Source: a virus
Lineage: Duplodnaviria; Heunggongvirae; Uroviricota; Caudoviricetes
IMG/VR virus record: IMGVR_UViG_3300032167_000069
Strand: one strand, 5' to 3'
DNA: 39,764 nt
Part shown: positions 1-9,685 of the stretch, one piece after another
Layout of the letters: the number at the start of each line of letters is the position of its first letter
Position numbering within the stretch: the stretch's first letter is position 1
Made by a program: the position numbers and the translations under genes
Notes under the pieces: model-generated
What the model was told of the DNA's origin: nothing
What the model saw: the letters and a program-made list of their open reading frames with translations, nothing else
The model's database searches: none

Positions 1-466
1 TGTATCAAGTTTGTTGTTTAATAATGAAAAAGCATCTGCTAATGCACTATCATTATCAATCAAAGCTGACCAAGCTTTAACATATGGAATTGTGAAAAAT
101 ATAGAGGCGGCTATAAATCGTTTCTTACACGCACAGTCATATGGAAAGAATTTCAAAGTGACATTTTTAGATTGTAGTCCATTTAACCGAAAAGAAGTGG
201 GTGACGCTTATATTAAAGCCTGTCAATTGGGTATGCCGATGATTTCGTATTATTGTGCATCACAAGGGCTTGCTCAGGATGAGATGGATTGTATGAATTT
301 CTTAGAAGATGATGTATTGGGCGTAAAAGAAAGATTTACTCCATTGCAGAGTTCATCTACGCTATCAGCAAATTCATCCAAGGATGTAACAAAGGATGCT
401 GGTCGTGAAGAGAAAGATGTTGACGAACTCACTGAGTCTGGAGAACAAACTCGTGAGGATGCTTAA
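1..466 (+). CDS. Probable portal protein, C-terminal part (5' truncated by the window)
   Basis: The frame of ORF 11..466 is open back to the window start. It lies just upstream of the protease/scaffold and capsid genes and ends in an acidic tail. Call is mainly by synteny. Confidence 0.6.
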   Translation, partial: VSSLLFNNEKASANALSLSIKADQALTYGIVKNIEAAINRFLHAQSYGKNFKVTFLDCSPFNRKEVGDAYIKACQLGMPMISYYCASQGLAQDEMDCMNFLEDDVLGVKERFTPLQSSSTLSANSSKDVTKDAGREEKDVDELTESGEQTREDA

Positions 467-496
467 TTTTAACCAAGAAGAAAAGGAGAAAAACTA

Positions 497-673
497 ATGT
501 TTATATATGTTATGGATATTGAAAGCAGAGATTATTTGATTGCACACGGTTACAATCTCTTAAAAGATAATGGTAACTCTGAAGGAACTGTTTGGGTTTT
601 TGCAAATAAAGAGGATTGTCAATTTGACACACTCGATATTCCTTGCGTTGTATCAGATACTTTGACTTTTTAA
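497..673 (+). CDS. Small hypothetical protein (58 aa, MFIYVMDIESRDYLIAHGYNLL...), not in the ORF track
   Basis: AAGGAG RBS at 483-488, ATG at 497, TAA at 671-673; fills the portal-protease gap. Confidence 0.75.
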   Translation: MFIYVMDIESRDYLIAHGYNLLKDNGNSEGTVWVFANKEDCQFDTLDIPCVVSDTLTF

Positions 674-704
674 TACTACATAGCTCAAAAGGCGGTGATT
701 AATA

Positions 705-2387
705 TTGGGTGACAAAAGTTTGAATATTGTGTATGAATCTGCCGTTGAAAAACTTACCGAAATCAATTCGTCATTTGATAAAGGCATTTTAAGGGTAGCT
801 TACACAGGTAAAAACAGAAATAAGTCATTCATTAGCAAAAGTACTTTTGAGAAATGCATTGATACAATTTATAATTGCCCTATTGTATGCAACTATAATC
901 GTGAAACCGATTCTATAGGAGCACACGATGTTGAAATAGTCAGCACAAATAAAGGGATGAAACTTGTAAACATTACTCAACCTGTAGGTGTTGTTCCTGA
1001 ATCTGCTAATTATTGGTGGGAAACTATCACTGAAGACAATGGTGAAACACACGAATACCTATGTGTTGAAATCCTCATTTGGAAAAGGCAAGAAGCTTAT
1101 TCAAAAATTAAAGAGAACATCATAACTGATGAGTCTATGGAGATTAAAGTCAAGAGCGGAAAAACTGTTGACGGATATTATCACATAGACTCTTTTGAAT
1201 TTACAGCATTTTGTCTTTTGGAAAGTGCAGAACCGTGTTATGAATCTGCGTGCATTGAAATGTTTACTTTAAATTCGTTCCGTGATGAATACACCAAGAT
1301 GATGACTGAATTCAAAGAGCATTTTTCAACGGTCACAACCTCGCAAGAGGATGACATAAATCCACAAAATATCACACAAAATCTCTCGAAAGGAGGAAGT
1401 ATCTCATTGGATAGAATGGAACTTTTATCAGAGTACGGTTTAACCGTAGAAGCACTTGATTTCAATATAGAAGATTTTTCAATTGAAGAGTTAAGAGCAA
1501 AATTTGAAGCTATCAACAAAAAGAAACTCGAAGATGATGACGATGATGAGGTTGTTGATGGTGGAAACGGAGAAGGTTCTGAAGGTGAGGGCGAAGACAA
1601 GCCTGAAGTTGCAAGTGTTGAAGACGAACCAGAAACACCCGTTGAAGATGTACCCGAAGATGGTGCAGGCGGTGGTGAAGGCGAAGGCGAAACAGGCGAT
1701 GATGAGGAATTCTCATTATCCGGTGAGCAATTCAGAGAAGGTTTAGTTGAAGCTTTATATGCGGTGAAATATACAGACCCGTATTGGGGAGAAATCTCTA
1801 AGTACATATATGTTGATTATGATACCGAAACTTCAGAAGTGTATTGTTATGACTGCGAAGATTGGAAGCTCTATGGCTTTAGCTATTCTATGAATGGCGA
1901 CAATGTTATTGTTGATTTCGAGAGTAAAAAGAGAAAGAAATTTACCATTGCAGATTTTGATGAAGGTAGTGCAGATTTCAGCTTCAAATACACATTTGAC
2001 GCACTTTTATCAAGCGCTAAGAATGTTGCAGAGCAGAAATATAGCGAAGCTTCTAAAACAATTGAAAATATGCAGACTGAACTTGATACTCTGAGAAATT
2101 ATCAGAAATCAAAAATATCTGAGGAACGCAAAGATGCAGAAGACGAATTATTCGCTCGCTTCTCCGACTTGGATGGCATAGAGGCGTTTGAAGCATTGAA
2201 AGCTGATTGCTCAGAAATGGCACTTGAAGATGTAGAAAGTAAATGTTTTGAAATTAAAGGTAGAAATACCACTGTTACTTTCTCTGCAAACAAACCTACA
2301 TCTACTCGAATTGCTATAGACAAAAATAAATTTGAAAACGAACCTTATGGTGGTCTGTTTGTTCAGTTTCCGCCAAAGAACATTTAA
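705..2387 (+). CDS. Prohead protease/scaffold fusion protein
   Basis: TTG start. Globular N-terminal domain followed by a very acidic, helical C-terminal half; lies between portal and capsid genes. Confidence 0.7.
   Translation: MGDKSLNIVYESAVEKLTEINSSFDKGILRVAYTGKNRNKSFISKSTFEKCIDTIYNCPIVCNYNRETDSIGAHDVEIVSTNKGMKLVNITQPVGVVPESANYWWETITEDNGETHEYLCVEILIWKRQEAYSKIKENIITDESMEIKVKSGKTVDGYYHIDSFEFTAFCLLESAEPCYESACIEMFTLNSFRDEYTKMMTEFKEHFSTVTTSQEDDINPQNITQNLSKGGSISLDRMELLSEYGLTVEALDFNIEDFSIEELRAKFEAINKKKLEDDDDDEVVDGGNGEGSEGEGEDKPEVASVEDEPETPVEDVPEDGAGGGEGEGETGDDEEFSLSGEQFREGLVEALYAVKYTDPYWGEISKYIYVDYDTETSEVYCYDCEDWKLYGFSYSMNGDNVIVDFESKKRKKFTIADFDEGSADFSFKYTFDALLSSAKNVAEQKYSEASKTIENMQTELDTLRNYQKSKISEERKDAEDELFARFSDLDGIEAFEALKADCSEMALEDVESKCFEIKGRNTTVTFSANKPTSTRIAIDKNKFENEPYGGLFVQFPPKNI
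1407..2387 (+). CDS. Putative nested in-frame scaffold protein (326 aa)
   Basis: AAAGGAGG at 1389-1396, 10 nt upstream of an in-frame TTG at 1407, at the boundary of the acidic region. Confidence 0.5.
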   Translation: MDRMELLSEYGLTVEALDFNIEDFSIEELRAKFEAINKKKLEDDDDDEVVDGGNGEGSEGEGEDKPEVASVEDEPETPVEDVPEDGAGGGEGEGETGDDEEFSLSGEQFREGLVEALYAVKYTDPYWGEISKYIYVDYDTETSEVYCYDCEDWKLYGFSYSMNGDNVIVDFESKKRKKFTIADFDEGSADFSFKYTFDALLSSAKNVAEQKYSEASKTIENMQTELDTLRNYQKSKISEERKDAEDELFARFSDLDGIEAFEALKADCSEMALEDVESKCFEIKGRNTTVTFSANKPTSTRIAIDKNKFENEPYGGLFVQFPPKNI

Positions 2388-2402
2388 GGAGGATATTTAA
2401 GT

Positions 2403-2888
2403 ATGGCTTATACAGTAATTAGAACTGATCTGCTTTCTGGCACTGATGTTGCCGCTGATCTTGTTTCTTTAAGAGTTTATGATGCTGACGGTAATCCTAT
2501 CGCTGTTGAAAATGGTACTATTGTTGAGCTTCAGGGTTATGAAGATGGTCAGCGTGAAGTTATGAAGGCAGTACTTGCAACATCTGCAAGTAAGATTGAA
2601 GATTGTGCTATCGTTGCTACCGAAGAGGTAATGTATGATGAGCGCAAGAAGAACCTTGATGAGTTTATTAACGAAGCAGGTACTATTGCTCGTGGATATA
2701 TTCCTCGCAGTCGCAATATGTACTCTATCACAAAAGATGGTTTCGTAGGTGGCACTGTTCCGGCTAAGGGTGACGAGGTTGGTATTGGTGCTGACGGTAA
2801 GGTTGATGCTGCTGGTACAGGCTACGGCACAATTATGGCAGTTGAAATTGCCGGACGTTATACATACTACGTAATTAAAATTGCCTAA
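2403..2888 (+). CDS. Capsid decoration/stabilising protein (putative)
   Basis: 161 aa, beta-rich, GGAGG RBS, directly upstream of the major capsid gene. Confidence 0.55.
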   Translation: MAYTVIRTDLLSGTDVAADLVSLRVYDADGNPIAVENGTIVELQGYEDGQREVMKAVLATSASKIEDCAIVATEEVMYDERKKNLDEFINEAGTIARGYIPRSRNMYSITKDGFVGGTVPAKGDEVGIGADGKVDAAGTGYGTIMAVEIAGRYTYYVIKIA

Positions 2889-2911
2889 TTTAAGAAGGAG
2901 GATGTACTAAT

Positions 2912-3928
2912 ATGGCTGATTATAAAGATATTGTAAGACTTGCCGTTGATGCTTACCACGGCACTCCTACTAAGTACTCAGTGGGCGAGTCTATGGATGT
3001 ACTTCGTCAGGCTATGATTGAAGCTAATGGCGGAAGTACTGTACTTGATTATAAAGCAATCCGTGATGGTAAGTGCAACGGTCTCTTTACTCTTGTAGAG
3101 CAGATTCTTGCTCGTACTATCGTTGAAGGTTTTCAGGGCGATGAATATTTCAATGCGCTCGTTGATTTCCGTAATGTTGCACTCGGCGACAAGAATGAGT
3201 TTGTTGTTGAAGATAGCAATCTATTCGTAGTTTCTGATGCTGCCGAAGGTACTCAGGGTATCCGCAGACAGAGACTTGGCGGATCAAGCAAAACTTCTAT
3301 TCCGACAACTTTCAAAGTTGTTAAGATTTACGAAGAGCTTAACAGAGTTCTTTCTGGTCAGGTTGACTTTAATAAGTTCATCCAGACTGTAGCTGAATCT
3401 TTCCGCAAGAAGTTGCTTGATGACATTTATGCTCTTTGGAGCACTGCTTCTGCTACTGATTTTGGTGGCGCAGTGTACTTCCCTGCTGCTGGTAACTATG
3501 ATGAGGATGCATTACTTGATGTTATCGCTCACGTAGAAGCTGCTGCTGGTGGCAAGACCGCTACTATTATCGGTTCTAAGAAGGCGGTTCGTAATCTTGC
3601 TCCTGCTATTCAGGGTGCAGAGTCTAAGAGTGATTTATACAATATGGGTTACTATGGCAAGTTCTATGGCACTCCTGTTGTTGTAACTCCTCAGAGACAT
3701 AAGGTTGGTTCTACCGACTTTGTATTTGATGATAATGTACTTACAATTATCGCAGGTGACGACAAGCCTATCAAGTGCGTATATGAAGGACAGTCAACAG
3801 TTCTGCTTGGCAATCCTACAGACAACAAAGACTTCACACAGGATTACTTCTATGGTGAGAAGTATGGTATGGGTATCGTGCTTGCAGGCGGTAACGCAGG
3901 TATCGGTAGATACGAAATGACTGCGTAA
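2912..3928 (+). CDS. Major capsid protein
   Basis: 338 aa, strong AGGAGG RBS, strongly biased codons, position after scaffold and decoration genes, followed by a stable hairpin. Confidence 0.8.
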   Translation: MADYKDIVRLAVDAYHGTPTKYSVGESMDVLRQAMIEANGGSTVLDYKAIRDGKCNGLFTLVEQILARTIVEGFQGDEYFNALVDFRNVALGDKNEFVVEDSNLFVVSDAAEGTQGIRRQRLGGSSKTSIPTTFKVVKIYEELNRVLSGQVDFNKFIQTVAESFRKKLLDDIYALWSTASATDFGGAVYFPAAGNYDEDALLDVIAHVEAAAGGKTATIIGSKKAVRNLAPAIQGAESKSDLYNMGYYGKFYGTPVVVTPQRHKVGSTDFVFDDNVLTIIAGDDKPIKCVYEGQSTVLLGNPTDNKDFTQDYFYGEKYGMGIVLAGGNAGIGRYEMTA

Positions 3929-3955
3929 TCATACACTACACAGCATTATGTGTTC

Positions 3956-3979
3956 GGGGCAACTGGCTAAAGTTGCCCC
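3956..3979 (+). terminator. Perfect 9-bp hairpin after the capsid gene (terminator or mRNA-stabilising stem)
   Basis: GGGGCAACT-ggctaa-AGTTGCCCC; no U-tract follows. Confidence 0.6.
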
Positions 3980-4053
3980 CTATACTATAGTAAAAGTGTT
4001 CGGTTTGCACATTAGACCGCCCACTTAAAAATATTGAATTAAAGGAGAACGTT

Positions 4054-4608
4054 ATGGCAACGAAATCTAAGGTAACTAAAAGCACAACAAAACCAGCAAC
4101 ATCAACTACCGAGTCAAAGACTGTTGCTGAAACAACAACTCAGAAAAAGCAATATAAAGTTAAGAAGGAACTTGACCCAAATATGATTATTACCGTTAGA
4201 AACGGTTTTCAGGGAAGGTTAATTTACAAGAGTAGAAGAACGCAGGAACGTTTCGTATGGGAAGAATTCGGTGATGAGCAGGATATGGATTTGCAGGAAT
4301 TAAAGAATGCAAAAAATGCTTCAAAATCATTCTTTGAAAATAACTGGTTTTTAATTGATGACCCAGAAGTTCTTGATTATTTAGGAGTTTCTCAGTATTA
4401 CAAGTATGCTTTAAATTACGACTCTTTTGATGATTTATTTACCAAAGATTCAGAAGAAATCTCAAAGATTATTTCTAACCTTTCAGTTGGTCAGAAAAAG
4501 TCTGTCGCATACAGAGCTAAGCAATTAATCAGTGACGGAATAATTGATTCTATCAAAGTTATTACTGCGTTAGAAGAAAGCTTATTAATTGAGTTGATTG
4601 ACAGATAA
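4054..4608 (+). CDS. Hypothetical head-associated protein
   Basis: 184 aa, AAGGAG RBS, Thr/Lys-rich N-terminus. Confidence 0.7.
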   Translation: MATKSKVTKSTTKPATSTTESKTVAETTTQKKQYKVKKELDPNMIITVRNGFQGRLIYKSRRTQERFVWEEFGDEQDMDLQELKNAKNASKSFFENNWFLIDDPEVLDYLGVSQYYKYALNYDSFDDLFTKDSEEISKIISNLSVGQKKSVAYRAKQLISDGIIDSIKVITALEESLLIELIDR

Positions 4609-4619
4609 GGAGGCGTATT

Positions 4620-5066
4620 ATGGGCGTTTCCTATAACATTTTTACATCATACTTTTTGGACAAGGTTGAAGAGTATAAATTTATAAAATTACCAGAAGAA
4701 AACCGAACTCAAACTGTTGATGGATATATGAAGAGGGCTTGCTCCCAATTTAAAAGAATTTGCAAATACGACATTACCAATGGAGACGATAATGTTCGTG
4801 AATTTCCTATTAATATCCCCGCTGAGGATATTGATGAAATTGCAGATATCATTTCCGAGGGTATGCTTGTGCAATGGATGAAACCATATGTTTACAAGCA
4901 AGAAAATTATGAAAATATGCTCAATACAACCGACTACTCTGGTTATTCACCAGCAGAATTACTCAACCGTATTACCGGAGCGTATAAAATGTGTAAAAAA
5001 GACTTTTCAAATATGATGAAGGAATACTCCTATAACCACGGAGATTTGAGTGATTTACATATATGA
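4620..5066 (+). CDS. Putative head-tail adaptor protein
   Basis: 148-aa helical protein, GGAGG RBS; function inferred from position only. Confidence 0.5.
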   Translation: MGVSYNIFTSYFLDKVEEYKFIKLPEENRTQTVDGYMKRACSQFKRICKYDITNGDDNVREFPINIPAEDIDEIADIISEGMLVQWMKPYVYKQENYENMLNTTDYSGYSPAELLNRITGAYKMCKKDFSNMMKEYSYNHGDLSDLHI

Positions 5067-5392
5067 TGACTAATAAAGGAATCGACATACCAGACAATCT
5101 GGTTAAAAACTATCTAAAATCTCTCATAGGTCTATTTTACAAAATATTACCCATTAAGGAAAGTGGCGAGCCATCGCTTGGAAAATATATGGACAGTCTC
5201 CAAAGAGAATTGATTGGGTGTCAGAGTTTGATTTCTGAGCTTAATTATGATGAATTGTATTTAAGTCTTCTATCAATCCTTCAGTATTTAATTGAGAATG
5301 ATTGCAATACAGAGGTTGTAAGATGTGAAGTATTTAAAGCGATAAATATATGTAAGAAATTACAGAAAAAGTATTGTGTTGAGGAGGTGTAG
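5063..5392 (+). CDS. Hypothetical protein (neck module)
   Basis: 109 aa, ATGA overlap with the upstream gene. Confidence 0.65.
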   Translation: MMTNKGIDIPDNLVKNYLKSLIGLFYKILPIKESGEPSLGKYMDSLQRELIGCQSLISELNYDELYLSLLSILQYLIENDCNTEVVRCEVFKAINICKKLQKKYCVEEV

Positions 5393-5394
5393 TC

Positions 5395-6183
5395 ATGGGC
5401 ACGTGGGACACCTACCAAGCACGATTGGAAGTTAATGGGGTAACTAAGCATGAAAGAGTTTTAAATCACACCAAATCCTATATTTCTGATAAAATCGTAG
5501 ATTCTCTGTCTTGCCACGAAGTAATTATAAGTGGTTCAAAACAGACTGTAAGCATTTTAAATGAAAAGGAAGATTTAGCAATAAAAAAAATCTGTGCTAT
5601 GCCCGGTGACTCTTTACCTCACGGTGGTTTAGTGGAGTTTGCCAATAGTAATTGGCTAATCACCGAACTCGATGCAAATGACGAAGTATATGCTTCTGGA
5701 AAAATGCGTCGATGTAACTATTTACTTAAATGGCTAAATAAAGACGGAAAGATTATAGAAAAGTGGTGTATCGTCGAAGATGGAACGAAGTATCTTATCG
5801 GTGAAAAAGCTGAAGATATTATGTCCATTGGTGATGCACGTATAGCTATAACACTTGGCAAAGATGATGATACCATTGAATTAACTCGTGGAAAGCGATT
5901 TTTGGTTGATGATATGGACTCTACTAATGTTCTTGCCTACCAAATAACTAAACCTAACAAGTTGTATAACGTGTATAACGGCAATGGCGTTTTTAGATTT
6001 ATTCTAAATGAAGTAAATTTAACAGACGATGATAATGTGTCATTGCGTATTGCTGACTATTACAATTGGAAGCCATACCAATCACTTGATAACGAACACG
6101 TTGATAAAGATACGACTATTGAAGAAATTGTAGAGTCATCTAAGCTCCCCGACAATGACGATAATAAGGGGGTGTGGATATAA
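5395..6183 (+). CDS. Putative head-closure (stopper-like) protein
   Basis: 262 aa, beta-rich, GAGGAGG RBS; function from synteny. Confidence 0.45.
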   Translation: MGTWDTYQARLEVNGVTKHERVLNHTKSYISDKIVDSLSCHEVIISGSKQTVSILNEKEDLAIKKICAMPGDSLPHGGLVEFANSNWLITELDANDEVYASGKMRRCNYLLKWLNKDGKIIEKWCIVEDGTKYLIGEKAEDIMSIGDARIAITLGKDDDTIELTRGKRFLVDDMDSTNVLAYQITKPNKLYNVYNGNGVFRFILNEVNLTDDDNVSLRIADYYNWKPYQSLDNEHVDKDTTIEEIVESSKLPDNDDNKGVWI

Positions 6184-6687
6184 TTGCAATTAAATGAATT
6201 TTTTAATTATAAAAATCAACTTATGAAAGAGTTGTGTTGCAATGAAGCTATTGTAAAACTCGTTACAGACAAAGATAATAGCGATGTGCCAAATCATACA
6301 TTGGCATATTCCCAAATATACCCTTTTGAGTTTGTACCAGAAACGGTTGATAACGGACAAACAATTATTTGTTTTGACGTTGATGTCGCTGAGGTAATTA
6401 ACAAAACATTCTACGTGCCTGTAGTATATGTCTGGGTATTCACACATAAAAGCAAAATGCGTTTATCAACGGGAGGTATTCGCACAGATAAGATAGCGGC
6501 AGAAATTGATAAAGTTCTCAATGGTAGTAGGTATTATGGGCTCGGAGAGTTAAATCTCAAATCTGTAGGTAGATTTTCACCCATAGCTGACTATCAGGGC
6601 AGAGTTTTAACATACTACGCAAAAGACTTCAATCGTTTAAACACGAAACAACCACCATCCAACAGAAAACAGTTATCTGGAATATAA
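6184..6687 (+). CDS. Putative tail terminator/completion protein
   Basis: TTG start abutting the previous stop; 167 aa; usual position shortly before the tail tube gene. Confidence 0.5.
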   Translation: MQLNEFFNYKNQLMKELCCNEAIVKLVTDKDNSDVPNHTLAYSQIYPFEFVPETVDNGQTIICFDVDVAEVINKTFYVPVVYVWVFTHKSKMRLSTGGIRTDKIAAEIDKVLNGSRYYGLGELNLKSVGRFSPIADYQGRVLTYYAKDFNRLNTKQPPSNRKQLSGI

Positions 6688-6707
6688 GCTTATGGAAGGT
6701 GATTGTA

Positions 6708-7415
6708 ATGAGTGGTTTTTTATATAAAACAGAATACAAAATCAATGATTATATCACGGTAAAAATTCCAACAGTTGGAGAAATAATCAAGAACGAAGAT
6801 GAGTATTATGAAAGCATTTCGTTAATCGTTTCTACCCCATACGATATGATGGTTCAGCTTGATGATGCCGGAATTGATTTTACAAACATTACGGACTGGG
6901 ATTTGTTTTGTCTGCTATTTAAGGATTTGCAAAACAGAGACCTGTCCCTTATTTTTGGTGATATAAATTTAAAAGATTTTGAAACGGCGATAAATAAACA
7001 AAACGGAAACATTATTTTATTAAATCAAAAAACAGGTGCAGTTATTGACAGAGCTATACACGATAAAATCTGTAGATTTCTTAGACAAATCTTATGCATT
7101 GAAAAAAACACAAAAAAGCCCGCAAATGAAGAGGCTAAGAAATTTATGATTGAACGTGCGAGACGGCGACAAAAAAGAAATAAACGGAAATCCAATCAGT
7201 CGCAGTTAGAAAACTTCATTGTTGCTCTCGTAAATACATCTGAATTTTCATATGATTACAGTTCAACTTTGGGACTTACCATATACCAGTTTTATGCAAG
7301 TTTACATCAGATAGTTAAAAAGGTTAAGTTTGATAATTTGATGATTGGTTGCTATGCAGGTACGGTTAGTGTTAAAGAGCTGGATCAAAAAGAACTAAAC
7401 TGGATTTCTAATTAA
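6708..7415 (+). CDS. Hypothetical tail morphogenesis protein (possibly assembly-chaperone-like)
   Basis: ATG at 6708 behind GGAAGGTGA; C-terminal LTIYQF motif reminiscent of tail assembly chaperones. Confidence 0.4.
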   Translation: MSGFLYKTEYKINDYITVKIPTVGEIIKNEDEYYESISLIVSTPYDMMVQLDDAGIDFTNITDWDLFCLLFKDLQNRDLSLIFGDINLKDFETAINKQNGNIILLNQKTGAVIDRAIHDKICRFLRQILCIEKNTKKPANEEAKKFMIERARRRQKRNKRKSNQSQLENFIVALVNTSEFSYDYSSTLGLTIYQFYASLHQIVKKVKFDNLMIGCYAGTVSVKELDQKELNWISN

Positions 7416-7431
7416 ACAGGAGGAATACATA

Positions 7432-8250
7432 ATGAATATTAACGATATCACAATCACAAGTCTTGAGACTATTACTGCGTTTGATATTGTCACAGGTGCT
7501 TATCGTTTTACTCTTGACGAATTACAGAACGCAAAAATCGCAAACACTCAGGACAAGACTGACATCACTGGTAAGGGCGGTCGTAAGCTTAATTCGTTAA
7601 AGAAGAATAAGGCGGTTGTTGTATCTGGTACTAACGGTCTTGTATCTGGCGGATTGCTTGAAATGCAGACTGGTAGTGAGTTCCAGACTATGGAAAGTGC
7701 TCCTATTCAGTGGACAGACTATATCACAATTGAAGGCAACTCAGCACATACAACTTATATTGCAGTTGGTACGGCAGGTAACGAGATTGAGTCTCTTTAC
7801 ATTAAGAATACCGATGGTACTCTTGGTGAAATTTTAACTCAGGATGCAACTGCTGGTGACGGCAAATTCTCTTATGATCCTGAAACAAAGGTTATTCTTT
7901 TTGCAGAAGGTGCTTATGAGGATGGTACTGAGGTAATTGCTTATTACACAAGAAATATTAAGGCTGATGTTCTTGATAACATTTCTGACACTTATTCTGA
8001 AAAGTGTAAGCTTTACATTGATGCGTTTGCGGAAGATAAGTGCGCTAATGTTTACAGAATTCAGTTCTATATTCCGAAGGCTGACTTCAGCGGTAACTTT
8101 GACTTTGAAATGGGCGACAACCAGACTGTTCATGCGTTTGAAGCAGAATCTCTTGCTGGTGCTTGTGGCTCTAACGGTTCGCTTTGGACATACACCATTT
8201 TCGGTGCAAACGCTGAAGATGCTGTAGCCGAAGATGAGGCTGGTGCTTAA
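7432..8250 (+). CDS. Major tail (tube) protein
   Basis: 272 aa, AGGAGG RBS, capsid-like codon bias, acidic and beta-rich, upstream of the tape measure gene. Confidence 0.7.
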   Translation: MNINDITITSLETITAFDIVTGAYRFTLDELQNAKIANTQDKTDITGKGGRKLNSLKKNKAVVVSGTNGLVSGGLLEMQTGSEFQTMESAPIQWTDYITIEGNSAHTTYIAVGTAGNEIESLYIKNTDGTLGEILTQDATAGDGKFSYDPETKVILFAEGAYEDGTEVIAYYTRNIKADVLDNISDTYSEKCKLYIDAFAEDKCANVYRIQFYIPKADFSGNFDFEMGDNQTVHAFEAESLAGACGSNGSLWTYTIFGANAEDAVAEDEAGA

Positions 8251-8252
8251 TT

Positions 8253-8513
8253 ATGCCAAAGGCAATAAAGATATGTAGAGTGTGTGGTGACAAGTATGAA
8301 GCTTGTCACACCACCGCTGTAAAAAACACATTCAGGTGGCAAGAAGTCGCTTGTTCGCCTGAATGCGGAGCTGAGTATCTTCGCAGAGTTCAGCAAGCCA
8401 GAGGAATTGAAGTAGAAGACGAATATGTTGAATCTACTATGTACAATGAAGATGTCAATGGTTTCGACGGTGAGCCAGACGACGAATATATCAGTGGTTT
8501 TGGCGACGAATAG
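8253..8513 (+). CDS. Small putative zinc-binding protein
   Basis: CRVC...C...CSPEC cysteine pattern and an acidic tail. Confidence 0.6.
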   Translation: MPKAIKICRVCGDKYEACHTTAVKNTFRWQEVACSPECGAEYLRRVQQARGIEVEDEYVESTMYNEDVNGFDGEPDDEYISGFGDE

Positions 8514-8524
8514 CTGATTTATTT

Positions 8525-8573
8525 AGGGGGAGGAATCATTTTATCTAATAAGTTTTCCTCCCCCTTTATTTTT
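8525..8573 (+). terminator. Rho-independent terminator
   Basis: AGGGGGAGGAA (8525-8535) pairs with TTCCTCCCCCT (8555-8565), followed by TTATTTTT. Confidence 0.75.
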
Positions 8574-8583
8574 CGCTAAAACG

Positions 8584-9051
8584 GTGGTGATTAAAATAGA
8601 ACGAACAAAATTTAATGTTGATAAAAATACAGAAAACCGTACTTATGACGGAATAATTTTTGATAGTCAATTGGAGATGAGATACTACAAAGAAGTAGTA
8701 TTACCCCTATCAAAAGAAGGGGTTATTTCACATTTTGAATTACAAAAGAAATATGAACTACAGCCAAAATTTATACATAAAGGGAAAACAATTCAGCCCA
8801 TAAATTATGTGGCTGATTTTTATATAGAGTATTCAGATGGACATACTGAGGTGATTGACACAAAAGGTTGCCCTGATTCTGTGGCAATGCTGAAAAAGAA
8901 AATGTTTACATATCACTATCCCGATGCTATATATCGTTGGATTTGTTATTCAAAAATAGACGGAGGTTGGTGTGACCTTGAGTATGTTAAAAAGCAGCGT
9001 AAAGAACGCAAGAAACAAAAACAATTACAAAAAGAAATAAAGGAGAAATGA
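8584..9051 (+). CDS. DUF1064-like protein (PD-(D/E)XK nuclease fold)
   Basis: Motifs YDGIIFDSQLE, FELQKKYELQP and YVADF...VIDTKG. The start may be further in (ATA at 8596 behind GGTGGTGA). Confidence 0.75.
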   Translation: MVIKIERTKFNVDKNTENRTYDGIIFDSQLEMRYYKEVVLPLSKEGVISHFELQKKYELQPKFIHKGKTIQPINYVADFYIEYSDGHTEVIDTKGCPDSVAMLKKKMFTYHYPDAIYRWICYSKIDGGWCDLEYVKKQRKERKKQKQLQKEIKEK

Positions 9052-9054
9052 TTT

Positions 9055-9684
9055 ATGGAAAAAGATATTAAAAGAGTATCTATCGCAAAATTCGAGTCAG
9101 CACTTGACAAGGAAAATATTGTAACAGAAACGCTTGCCGGTACAGAGGATGTTGTTATTGAAATAAAAAAGACAATTCCGCTCTATGAAATGACGGCATT
9201 TGTGCAAGAGGTTGTTGAGGCTTGTGTTGACAGCGAAACTGGAGATTATATTCCTGAAGCATACGATTTTGCTTTTCGTGTAGCCGTTTTAACGCATTAT
9301 GCTAATTTTGCGATGCCTTCAAATCTTGAAAAACAATATATGTTAGTTTACGGAACACGTGCTTTCAATCAGGTTACTGGCAGTATAAATGTATGTCAGT
9401 TGAATGACATCGTAAAGGCGATTGACCGTAAAATACAGTTTATGCTTGATGTTATTTCTTCTTCTGCCGTTACCAAAATAAACGAAGTTATCAATAAATT
9501 TAACGATATTGCTACTTCGAGTGAACAGGTATTCGGTGGCTTGAACCCCGCTGACCTTTCAAAAGTTATCGAGGGTATCACTAAATTAAATAAAATGGAC
9601 GAAGCTGATGTCGCTAAAGTAATCTTGGATGTAAAATCCGAAGGTTCTGATACGACAGAAACTATCGCCGTTAGTAAGGAATAA
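9055..9684 (+). CDS. Hypothetical protein (tail module)
   Basis: 209 aa, AAGGAG RBS. Confidence 0.7.
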   Translation: MEKDIKRVSIAKFESALDKENIVTETLAGTEDVVIEIKKTIPLYEMTAFVQEVVEACVDSETGDYIPEAYDFAFRVAVLTHYANFAMPSNLEKQYMLVYGTRAFNQVTGSINVCQLNDIVKAIDRKIQFMLDVISSSAVTKINEVINKFNDIATSSEQVFGGLNPADLSKVIEGITKLNKMDEADVAKVILDVKSEGSDTTETIAVSKE

Positions 9685-9685
9685 A

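Noticed and set aside
1530-1710. Acidic Gly/Glu low-complexity tract with GAAGGYGAR echoes
   Set aside because: Protein-level disordered linker in the scaffold, not a DNA repeat element.
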